Below, piece by piece: positions 28,012-40,039 of a stretch of 64,000 bases of DNA. The stretch lies in contig JBNJIL010000013.1 of NCBI GenBank assembly GCA_051749325.1, positions 1,294 to 65,293 on the forward strand. The letters are read 5' to 3'. The notes beneath the pieces were generated by a model. It saw only the letters and a list, made by a program, of their open reading frames with translations, made no database searches and was not told where the DNA came from. This DNA comes from Pseudomonadota bacterium. GTDB taxonomy: Bacteria; Pseudomonadota; Gammaproteobacteria; Pseudomonadales; Halomonadaceae. Made by a program: the position numbers and the translations under genes. The first letter of the stretch is position 1. Every line of letters begins with the position of its first letter.

Positions 28012-31000
28012 GTTTCTATCCGCGCGCCCCGGGCGGGGCGCGACGCCAAGCGCATCGAGCAGGGAGGCGAGATCGAATGTTTCTATCCGCGCGCCCCGGG
28101 CGGGGCGCGACGCTCCAGGGCGATCTGATCGGTGACTGACTTGGCGTTGTTTCTATCCGCGCGCCCCGGGCGGGGCGCGACTTGACCTCAATACGGATGG
28201 GATCATCGATTACGCAGTTTCTATCCGCGCGCCCCGGGCGGGGCGCGACCCATCAACCAGACCAAGGCCCTGGAGTGGGGCCTGTTTCTATCCGCGCGCC
28301 CCGGGCGGGGCGCGACCTTCTTTCCGGCGCGGCGGTTATACTTGCCGATGGTGTTTCTATCCGCGCGCCCCGGGCGGGGCGCGACCTGCCCTACATCCAG
28401 TTCGACCTGCAGGGGCTGTACGAGTTTCTATCCGCGCGCCCCGGGCGGGGCGCGACAACGCGGCGCGCTCGTGCTCTCGCGGCCTATAGTAGTTTCTATC
28501 CGCGCGCCCCGGGCGGGGCGCGACACCCTTTCTTGATCGACAGGCCGCATAGCTTGAACTGTTTCTATCCGCGCGCCCCGGGCGGGGCGCGACGTTGCCC
28601 GCGTTGTTGCGGTTGCCGCCGCGGATCGGGTTTCTATCCGCGCCCCCCGGGCGGGGCGCGACCTGGATGACCTCCATGGCTTCGCTCGTGGCGTTGATGT
28701 TTCTATCCGCGCGCCCCGGGCGGGGCGCGACCAACGCTGCCAGCCGGGCATCATCGCCAGGTTTTAGTTTCTATCCGCGCGCCCCGGGCGGGGCGCGACT
28801 CGCCCACCTGCACATCAAGCGGATCCACCAGGGTGTTTCTATCCGCGCGCCCCGGGCGGGGCGCGACGCCGGACTGGCCATCGTCCGCCGAAACGGTGCG
28901 GTTTCTATCCGCGCGCCCCGGGCGGGGCGCGACAGCTCTGAGTTGGCCCGCTGGGCGGCGTGGCCATCGTTTCTATCCGCGCGCCCCGGGCGGGGCGCGA
29001 CTCTTTGCATCGGCTTCCAGGCCAGCCACAGCAATGGTTTCTATCCGCGCGCCCCGGGCGGGGCGCGACGCGGGAGGTCGGCAGCATAAGCGGGCAGGAC
29101 GTGTTTCTATCCGCGCGCCCCGGGCGGGGCGCGACGACTGTGGCGCTTGACCACGGAACCGGCGACTCGTGTTTCTATCCGCGCGCCCCGGGCGGGGCGC
29201 GACCCATAATGGCCACCAGCGCCGCGATGATGCCGGTGTTTCTATCCGCGCGCCCCGGGCGGGGCGCGACGTGTCACCCTGCCCTGGTGGCTCTCGCGCA
29301 AGATGTTTCTATCCGCGCGCCCCGGGCGGGGCGCGACGCTCGCGCAAGGCCGACCCGGAGAGCACCTGGCAGTTTCTATCCGCGCGCCCCGGGCGGGGCG
29401 CGACGCCGCTGGCGGCGTGCAACGCTACAACCTGCTGAAGTTTCTATCCGCGCGCCCCGGGCGGGGCGCGACGGCGGCGCTCGGTCAGGCTCTGGGCGAT
29501 GCTGGTGTTTCTATCCGCGCGCCCCGGGCGGGGCGCGACGCGACTACACATTCCCATTTTTGCAAGAATGAACTTAGTTTCTATCCGCGCGCCCCGGGCG
29601 GGGCGCGACGGGGTATGCTTTGAGGCATCCAGCTGCCATTCAGTGTTTCTATCCGCGCGCCCCGGGCGGGGCGCGACGTGGCCCGCCGTCCTCACCGGCG
29701 CCCTACTGGGAGTTTCTATCCGCGCGCCCCGGGCGGGGCGCGACCCACGATCTCGGCGGTGATGCCACCCTCGGCAGCGTTTCTATCCGCGCGCCCCGGG
29801 CGGGGCGCGACTCGGCAGGGGTGGCGGTGCGCCCGGGCTGGGCGGCGTTTCTATCCGCGCGCCCCGGGCGGGGCGCGACGCCGCCGATTCCGGCATCACG
29901 TCATTCCCGGCGTGGTTTCTATCCGCGCGCCCCGGGCGGGGCGCGACTGCCGCCAAAGCCCAGGGCGCCAAGACCGCCGCCGTTTCTATCCGCGCGCCCC
30001 GGGCGGGGCGCGACGGGCAGGACTTCGCGCTGGGCGCGCTCCTGAGAGGTTTCTATCCGCGCGCCCCGGGCGGGGCGCGACTGGCGGGCGAGGGAGGTGG
30101 TGGGCGATTGAATCAGTTTCTATCCGCGCGCCCCGGGCGGGGCGCGACCTGGACTTCATCGTGTCGCGCTCCTTGGTGCTGTTTCTATCCGCGCGCCCCG
30201 GGCGGGGCGCGACCATTGACGATCAGCAGCTGCTCGTCGGCGTGATAGTTTCTATCCGCGCGCCCCGGGCGGGGCGCGACATCCAGCGGGCCGGGCCGCT
30301 CCTCCCAGCGCTTCAGTTTCTATCCGCGCGCCCCGGGCGGGGCGCGACGACGACGCTCACGTTCGGCACGGCTGATCGTCTTGTTTCTATCCGCGCGCCC
30401 CGGGCGGGGCGCGACGTGGATCGTCAGCGGCTCGCCTGGGATCTCGGTAGTGTTTCTATCCGCGCGCCCCGGGCGGGGCGCGACCGCTAAGCTCGAACAG
30501 CCATTCTGTAAGCGGCTTGTTTCTATCCGCGCGCCCCGGGCGGGGCGCGACCCGCCACGGCGTGTTGGTGGACTATCCCGAAGCCGTTTCTATCCGCGCG
30601 CCCCGGGCGGGGCGCGACTTCGTTGACATGCTGAAGTTCAAGATCACCAAGGAAGTTTCTATCCGCGCGCCCCGGGCGGGGCGCGACGAGTGACTACAAC
30701 ACGTACTCACTCACTCTGACGGTTTCTATCCGCGCGCCCCGGGCGGGGCGCGACGTCATCAGTTCCTGCATGGGCCCTCCTATGGGCATGTTTCTATCCG
30801 CGCGCCCCGGGCGGGGCGCGACGCGGGATGCGCGCGACCCTGCGCCACTACTCGAGTGTTTCTATCCGCGCGCCCCGGGCGGGGCGCGACCGTTCCCCAG
30901 GGGCACGCTGATTTATGTCGATCCCGTTTCTATCCGCGCGCCCCGGGCGGGGCGCGACAGATCCACGGATTCCGCCTCACTCCGGGGGCTGATGTTTCTA

Positions 31001-31969
31001 TCCGCGCGCCCCGGGCGGGGCGCGACCGACCAGGGGCTGCGCTCCCTGCGGGCGGCCCTGTTTCTATCCGCGCGCCCCGGGCGGGGCGCGACAGCGCGTG
31101 GGGCACGCCGACACGGCGGCAGCAGCGTTTCTATCCGCGCGCCCCGGGCGGGGCGCGACCTGCTCGTGCGAACCTTTGCTGCGAACCTCATCGCGTTTCT
31201 ATCCGCGCGCCCCGGGCGGGGCGCGACGTGGTGATGGGCTGCATGGCGACCTCCTGATATGTTTCTATCCGCGCGCCCCGGGCGGGGCGCGACCTGGAAC
31301 CCACCGGAGATGGTCACGCTGATCTCGGTGTTTCTATCCGCGCGCCCCGGGCGGGGCGCGACTCGAGCGGCCTTTTTTACGCCACGAGGACGCGACATGT
31401 TTCTATCCGCGCGCCCCGGGCGGGGCGCGACGACTCGACATCGCTTGCGGTGACGTACTCGGTCATGTTTCTATCCGCGCGCCCCGGGCGGGGCGCGACT
31501 GACTGGCTGGACGGCTCGCTGTATGACGACGGAGTTTCTATCCGCGCGCCCCGGGCGGGGCGCGACACAGCGGGAGACGAGAGAAAATGCACTCAACCGT
31601 TTCTATCCGCGCGCCCCGGGCGGGGCGCGACCGCAACGGTAAGCGACTCACCAAACGCGGCGATGGTTTCTATCCGCGCGCCCCGGGCGGGGCGCGACTT
31701 GTCGTTGTGTTCATGCCCACCTCCTACCAAGGTTTCTATCCGCGCGCCCCGGGCGGGGCGCGACTGTCCATGCCTGCCTCCTGCGTGCCTAGAAGATGCG
31801 TTTCTATCCGCGCGCCCCGGGCGGGGCGCGACGCCACGATGGCCACCAGCGCCGCGATGATGCCGGTGTTTCTATCCGCGCGCCCCGGGCGGGGCGCGAC
31901 GTTCGAGATCGGCAAGGATCACTGCATGTTGATCGAGTTTCTATCCGCGCGCCCCGGGCGGGGCGCGAC
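28012..31969 (-). CRISPR. CRISPR array with 59 repeats of 33 bp and 58 spacers of 32-38 bp, transcribed on the minus strand
   Basis: Plus-strand repeat is GTTTCTATCCGCGCGCCCCGGGCGGGGCGCGAC. Its reverse complement GTCGCGCCCCGCCCGGGGCGCGCGGATAGAAAC has the type I-C layout (GTCGCGCC... hairpin ... GAAAC). I located every unit by hand: the first repeat starts at 28012 and the last at 31937. Repeat plus spacer lengths sum exactly to 3958 bp. Only one repeat (28630-28662) differs, by a single base. Confidence 0.97.
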
Positions 31970-32158
31970 TGTTCCTTTATAACTCTTTGATGAAACAAGT
32001 AAAATAGCCAAAGCTTAGCGATGCAGGTCTTCCTAGAGGTATCTTTCCACTACTCTTTGATATACCGCCCAATAATGCTAATAAAAACAGAATGTTAAAG
32101 AGCCGCGAACATCCCGGGAAACGACAGGACGCTTGTGGTTCGCAAGGCAGCCGGAAAA
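31970..32158 (-). promoter_or_regulatory. CRISPR leader
   Basis: 189-bp AT-rich non-coding segment between the cas2 stop and the first repeat. Contains two copies of ACTCTTTGAT (31982-31991 and 32052-32061). Confidence 0.75.
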
Positions 32159-32449
32159 TCAGAATACAAGAGGGCCGTTCATATCGAGTGACGGTTTGGC
32201 GCCGATATGCTCGATGCGATTCTTCCAGTTCCTGCCCAGGAAATAGAAGCGCAAGCTGTCGACCTCATCATCGATCAGATCAATCAACCGCTGCCGCAGG
32301 CGCACCCACTGATCAGGGTCGATCTCGACCTCGAACACCGAGAATTGCACTCGCTGCCCAACATCGCGGCAGGCTTTCGCGACACGGCGCAGCCGACCTT
32401 CGCCCCCTTCCGAAGAGGTGCTGACATCGTAGCTGACCAGGACCATCAT
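32159..32449 (-). CDS. cas2: CRISPR-associated endoribonuclease Cas2
   Basis: 96 aa. MMVLVSYDVSTSSEGGEGRLRRVAKACRDVGQRVQFSVFE is the canonical Cas2 N-terminus. Sits next to cas1 and the leader. Confidence 0.95.
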   Translation of the reverse strand: MMVLVSYDVSTSSEGGEGRLRRVAKACRDVGQRVQFSVFEVEIDPDQWVRLRQRLIDLIDDEVDSLRFYFLGRNWKNRIEHIGAKPSLDMNGPLVF

Positions 32450-32473
32450 AGCGGCCCACTCCTCATCGATGGG

Positions 32474-33514
32474 TCATTTCCAAAGATACGGCGGATAGGC
32501 ATCCAGATCGCCGCGTAGATGGCGCGCAAGCAATTGCGCCTGGAGGATCGGTAGCATGCCGACCGGAGCTTTCTCGCCGATGAAGGCATGGTTTAGCTCC
32601 TTGCGCTTACGTTCCTGATAGGCAGTCAGCACCGTCTTGCGTGCTTCGTCTGTCAGTTCCACGCCGCCACTCTCAGCAACCGTGAAGTCCTTCTCCCTTA
32701 ACTGGCGTCGATTGACCAACGACAACGCTAGGCGGTCTCCCAGCAGTGGCCGGAATTCCTCGGCAAGGTCTAGAGCCAGACTAGGCCTCCCCGGGCGATC
32801 CCGATGCAGAAATCCCACTGAGGGGTCCAGTCCCACGCTTTCCAGTGCCGAGCGGCAATCATGGGTCAGGAGGGTATAAAAGAACGACAACAGTGCATTG
32901 ATGCGATCACGCGGTGGTCGACGGTTACGGCCGGTGAAGCGGAAGGCTTCCCCATCATGACGCACCAGGCTATCGAAGACGCCGAAATAGACCTGTGCGG
33001 CTTCCCCCTCCAAACCTCTAAGCCCATCCGTGGTGGGCTCACGCAGCAGATCGCGGGCGATCCTGCCCAGACGGGTTCGCGCCCTTTCCAATCCTTCTCG
33101 TTCGAGATCCGCGAGCTTGTTGCCATAGTCGCGTACCCCCCTGGCAATTACCGCGCGCTGATTATGCACCTTGCCGATCAAAACGCCACGAACGATGGCG
33201 GCACAACCGTTATCATCGTCACTGCGGCGGTACTGGGTGCGTCTCAGCAGCACGTTGCCGGAGACCGGCCCTTCAATTCGCGCGAGAAACTTTCCGTTGG
33301 ACGATAAGTGGGTAATGGTGACCCCTTGTTCGGCACAGAAGCCCATCAACGGTGGCGATACCAACACCCTGCCGAAGCACACCAGTGATTCGAGCATATG
33401 GATGGGCAACCGCGCTCTCTCCTTGCCCGCGACATTCATGACCACATTGGCTCCATCCTTCTTGAGCCAGGCACCCTCAGTGGTGATATAGAGCGAATTA
33501 AGCTGACGGCGCAT
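32474..33514 (-). CDS. cas1: CRISPR-associated endonuclease Cas1 (type I-C)
   Basis: ORF track 32474..33598. ATG 33514 (MRRQLNSLYITTEGAWLKKDG) avoids overlap with cas4. Conserved Cas1 C-terminal region (NALLSFFYTLL...GFLHRDRPGRPSLALDLAEEFRP). Confidence 0.93.
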   Translation of the reverse strand: MRRQLNSLYITTEGAWLKKDGANVVMNVAGKERARLPIHMLESLVCFGRVLVSPPLMGFCAEQGVTITHLSSNGKFLARIEGPVSGNVLLRRTQYRRSDDDNGCAAIVRGVLIGKVHNQRAVIARGVRDYGNKLADLEREGLERARTRLGRIARDLLREPTTDGLRGLEGEAAQVYFGVFDSLVRHDGEAFRFTGRNRRPPRDRINALLSFFYTLLTHDCRSALESVGLDPSVGFLHRDRPGRPSLALDLAEEFRPLLGDRLALSLVNRRQLREKDFTVAESGGVELTDEARKTVLTAYQERKRKELNHAFIGEKAPVGMLPILQAQLLARHLRGDLDAYPPYLWK

Positions 33515-33519
33515 GCGAT

Positions 33520-34158
33520 TCACTCGTCCAGGGATTGCAGTTGTCGAGCCAGCCAGCGGCTCGCCGAACGCTGCTTGCCCATCACTTGCGGTTGACAAAC
33601 ATCAATCAGCGAGCAGCGATCACAGCGCTTGGGTTCATAGATGGCGGGTGGCGTACGGTTGCCATCGAAGAGCGCGCGAGTGTCGGCGACAATGTGCAGG
33701 GTCAGTGCCCGCAACTCATCGTCGAACGCAACGACCTTTCGCCGCCGCGTCTTGCCATAGTAAAGCGCCCCCTGCTCGATGCTGACACCCAGCATCTCTT
33801 CAAGGCACAGCGCCTGGACACAGAGCTGTACCTCGTCGGCATGATGCGCCTTGGGCCGACCCCGCTTGTACTCGATAGGCCGGACCACGGCAGGCTGCCG
33901 GGATTCATCGAACTCGACCACATCGGCAACCCCGGTCAGCCCCAATGCTTCACTGGCCAATGGCAGCGCCATGGCGGTATGAATGCCCCGCCGACGCTCA
34001 TGCCCCAGATGGTCGGCACGTTCATGGAGGATGCGCCCCTCCGCCGTATAACGGTTTTCCGCCCACTGCTGCTCGAGGTGGATCAGCGCACACTGGCGTG
34101 GACAAAACAGCATGTGCTGCAGTGCCGAGAGCGGAATCAGACTAACATCATCCTCCAT
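33520..34158 (-). CDS. cas4: CRISPR-associated exonuclease Cas4
   Basis: 212 aa. RecB-like nuclease with an N-terminal Cys (FCPRQC) and a C-terminal Cys cluster (CDRCSLIDVC). Confidence 0.93.
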   Translation of the reverse strand: MEDDVSLIPLSALQHMLFCPRQCALIHLEQQWAENRYTAEGRILHERADHLGHERRRGIHTAMALPLASEALGLTGVADVVEFDESRQPAVVRPIEYKRGRPKAHHADEVQLCVQALCLEEMLGVSIEQGALYYGKTRRRKVVAFDDELRALTLHIVADTRALFDGNRTPPAIYEPKRCDRCSLIDVCQPQVMGKQRSASRWLARQLQSLDE

Positions 34159-34167
34159 CCCATTCTC

Positions 34168-35033
34168 CTACAGCTTCTCTTCAACGCTGACCCCGGATGG
34201 CAGCGCCTCAGAATCGATGGAGACCCGATAATCGCTGTAGTGACGAGCCGGCGTATCCTCCTCCCCTTCGACACGCATCACACTCACGCTGTCGAACAAC
34301 CTGTGCGCCGGGGCGTTGCCCATGGGGTGGTCATGCTTGAAGACGATCAGCTTGCGTGCCGACATCTCACCCCGTGCGGCGGAGCGGTCATGCTCGAACA
34401 TATTGATCAGCGAGCGCCACAACAGCTCGAGATCGTCTTCCGAGAAACCAGTCCTTTCGGAGAGTTTCGCCGAGATATAGCCATGCGCGCGGTAGAGGCC
34501 GTAGGGAATGATATGCTTGCGACCCATAGTACGCTCCTTCTCGAGGTCGCGCTCGTTGGTGACCGCCATGCGAGTGATTGAAACTTCCATCGGCACCACA
34601 GGGTCGATGGAATTAGCAAAGGCCATCTGCACCGGCCCGCGTACCTGCCCGGAGTTGACCTCAGTGGTCATCACAGCGCCGAAGGTACGCACGTCGAAGA
34701 AGTTCTGGCACATCCACTCGGTCAAAGCACGCGCCTTCTCCACCTCTTTGGGTAGTTTCTTCGGCTCGGGCTTGATATCGAGCGCTTCATAGGCCTTCTT
34801 ATGCTGGTTGTTGAGTACCGACTTTTCCTGCATGTAGATGGCGTAGCCGGCGTCTTCCTCTTTTTCTAGAGCGACATAGTTGCGGATCTTGCGCTTGAGG
34901 CAGACATCGGTCACCAAGCCTTGGTTGGTCTCTGGGTCGAGCCTCGGCAGGTTGCCGGCATCCGGATCACCATTGGGGTTGCCATTGGTGACATCGAACA
35001 ACAGCACGAACTCATAGCGATTGGCAATGGCAC

Positions 35034-35037
<4 letters not shown>
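34168..35037 (-). CDS. cas7: type I-C Cas7 (Csd2)
   Basis: 289 aa. [47 protein letters not shown] is the Csd2/DevR signature. The start overlaps the cas8c stop (ATGA). Confidence 0.95.
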
Positions 35038-37537
<2,500 letters not shown>

Positions 37538-39784
37538 TCACCAGATATTGGATTCACCGGACCGAAATGTCGGATCGCTCCAATTCAGCCCTAGCTTTGA
37601 ACCATAGAGATTTTTATTTAATTTTCCTGGCTCCTCATCGACCAAATAAACAAATTGCTCACCAAATTTATCAGGCTCAATGGAAGCTATTACACCAGCG
37701 CGATCTAATGCAGCAAAGCCCTGCTGCGGCACCTGCACCGTATAGGGCTGCAGCTTCCGGGCGATGCCGCCCACGCGCTCGGCATATGCCAGATTCCTCA
37801 ACGCGCCGCGAGCCACATCATCGAAGGGAATGATCACCGCGCGCTGGTTGTTCTCGATCATGCGAAACTTCTGTTCGAGGGTTTCGAAGGGCAAGCCTTC
37901 GAGGCGACCATCCTCGACCAACTTCAGCAGACCATGCTGATCCAGCCTTTGTTGGCCCTGCTGCCAATAAAGCAGCCGGAAGTAGGCGTCTATCGCCGTC
38001 AACGACAGGGGATCATCTCCGTGCTGCCTGAGAACTTCGACGGTGGCCTGGGAGAACTGCTTGAGTTCCGGGGGCGGCGCCCAATCTTCGTTGGTGGTGG
38101 CGAAAATCGCCACGTCGCTGTCCGCCGCACTGCGCCTTCCCTCACGGTTGCAGCGCCCGGCCGCCTGGGCGATGGAATCGAGCCCAGTCTCGGCGCGCAG
38201 CACGCGTGGGAAGTCGACATCGACCCCAGCTTCTATTAGAGACGTCGAGACTACCCGGCAGGGCTGGCCAGCTTCGAGTGCCTTGCGTATCTCTCCCAGT
38301 ACTTGCCGCCGATGTACGGCGCACATTGAGGTGGTGAGGTGGTAGGCGCCGGGCCGATCTTCTATCGACTCAAACAACGCGCGGGCATGACGACGGTTGT
38401 TGACGATACAGAGCGCCTGCTCGGTCACGAGCAGTTCGTCGCGTAGCGATTCATCGTCCAGAGTGCCGATATGGCGCACGGTGACCCGTTCTAGCTGGCG
38501 GTACAGGCGCTCAGGCTCCGGTACCAGTTCCCTCATGTCACGCAAGCCACCAGAGAAGTTACGCTCGGGGTCGTCGGTTTCGGCCAGGGCGGGCTGGGTT
38601 GCCGTACATAGCACGAGGCTGGTGCGATAATTCAGGGCCAATTCGTCCAGCGCCGCCACACTGGGACGCAGCAATGGCAAGGGTATGGTCTGGGCCTCGT
38701 CGAGGATCACCACACTATTGGCGATGTTGTGCAACTTTCGACAACGTGAGGTCTTGGCCGCAAACAAACTCTCAAAGAACTGAACCGCTGTGGTAACGAT
38801 GATCGGCGCATCCCAGTTCTCGCTGTCACGACGCAGCTTGTCGATACTATCGCGGTCGCGCTGAGCGCCGGAATCGAAGGCGCTATGGTGCTCCAGCACC
38901 GCCGCCTCGCCATACTCCCCCAGGGCATCGCGAAACACCGCGGCGTTCTGTTCCACGATGCTGGTGAACGGAATCACATAGATCACCCTGTCCATGCCAT
39001 GGGCGATGGCATGGTCGAGTCCGAAGGACAGCGAGGCCAATGACTTTCCGCCACCGGTCGGCACTGTTAGTGTAAACATACCGGGTAGTAGACCCGCCTG
39101 CTTACGTACATGGGCGAGAATCTCACCGCGCAAGCGATTGACGTCGCTATCTGCTTGAAAGGTAGCGAGATGCTTGTTCAGAGCTTCCCGCAGTGTTTCC
39201 AACCTAGGCCCACCACCACGTGTATTCGGTGCTCCCTTTTCGTGCACGGTATAGAAGGTCTCGGTATCAACAAAGTCGGCATCTACCAGACACGAAAACA
39301 GCATCCGGACCAGGAATGCATATTGAAAGAAGGCTCTGTCGGCACGCGACTGGAAATATGATGGTGGCGGCAGCCGGTCAGGCAGAACTAACTCCTGTTG
39401 CCATGCCGAGTCGAGCGTAGGCAGGTCTGCCTCAAGGCGGTTCTTCAATGGAGTACGCTCACCTGTGTCGCGACCATTGGCTAACCCCGCATGGTGACCT
39501 GCAATCAAATAGGCCAAAAGATACCCAATCTGGGGATACTTCTCGACAGCGATATGAGCCCCGGCCGTGGAGTGATCGACTCGTTCCGGCGATCCCTCCA
39601 GACGCCTTTGGAAAGAGAAGGTGTACTTGCCAATATCGTGGAGTAACCCTGCGGCTTCGCCCCAATGGGAAGCACCGAAGCGCTCTGCACGCTCCGCGGC
39701 AAGACGGCCAACTGTCTTCAGGTGGTCTTCAAGCGTTTGCCAGTCAGACTTTTCTAGTGTCGAGGTAGAGTGTGCGTAAAACAT
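37538..39784 (-). CDS. cas3: Cas3 HD-nuclease/helicase
   Basis: 748 aa. N-terminal HD domain (LLHDIGKY, AGHHAG), helicase Walker A PTGGGKS, DEAQ box VILDEAQ. Confidence 0.95.
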   Translation of the reverse strand: MFYAHSTSTLEKSDWQTLEDHLKTVGRLAAERAERFGASHWGEAAGLLHDIGKYTFSFQRRLEGSPERVDHSTAGAHIAVEKYPQIGYLLAYLIAGHHAGLANGRDTGERTPLKNRLEADLPTLDSAWQQELVLPDRLPPPSYFQSRADRAFFQYAFLVRMLFSCLVDADFVDTETFYTVHEKGAPNTRGGGPRLETLREALNKHLATFQADSDVNRLRGEILAHVRKQAGLLPGMFTLTVPTGGGKSLASLSFGLDHAIAHGMDRVIYVIPFTSIVEQNAAVFRDALGEYGEAAVLEHHSAFDSGAQRDRDSIDKLRRDSENWDAPIIVTTAVQFFESLFAAKTSRCRKLHNIANSVVILDEAQTIPLPLLRPSVAALDELALNYRTSLVLCTATQPALAETDDPERNFSGGLRDMRELVPEPERLYRQLERVTVRHIGTLDDESLRDELLVTEQALCIVNNRRHARALFESIEDRPGAYHLTTSMCAVHRRQVLGEIRKALEAGQPCRVVSTSLIEAGVDVDFPRVLRAETGLDSIAQAAGRCNREGRRSAADSDVAIFATTNEDWAPPPELKQFSQATVEVLRQHGDDPLSLTAIDAYFRLLYWQQGQQRLDQHGLLKLVEDGRLEGLPFETLEQKFRMIENNQRAVIIPFDDVARGALRNLAYAERVGGIARKLQPYTVQVPQQGFAALDRAGVIASIEPDKFGEQFVYLVDEEPGKLNKNLYGSKLGLNWSDPTFRSGESNIW

Positions 39785-40039
39785 GCTTCCCTGCCTTTAT
39801 TGGTGCCTACTCCCAAGCTAAGCATCCCTAATCCAACTTTGCCACCCACAACTCATACAATCGAGTGAGGACCCTCACCTCCAGCCTAGCTCTCATCAGG
39901 CAGGTATTGCTCTCATGGCCGCTGGGAACTCCCCTCATGCTCGCCACCAGCTCCTGCCATAGGGTTACCCTCATACGTTTCCCTGGTCAGATTCTAGCGA
40001 TGACCTGAGAGCCTGATCTCAATGCCGATATGAGGGGCG

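Noticed and set aside
29271-29371. Adjacent spacers 19 and 20 share the decamer CTCGCGCAAG, which suggested overlapping protospacers.
   Set aside because: The flanking bases on both sides of the shared decamer differ. A 10-mer match among roughly 2 kb of spacer sequence is expected by chance.
28182-31998. Dozens of 60-270 aa ORFs on both strands across 28.0-32.0 kb, with recurring peptides FLSARPGRGAT, SIRAPRAGRD, FYPRAPGGAR and, on the reverse strand, APRPGRADRN / RPARGARIET.
   Set aside because: These are the frame translations of the 33-bp CRISPR repeat, read through spacers that happen to lack stops. They are not genes.
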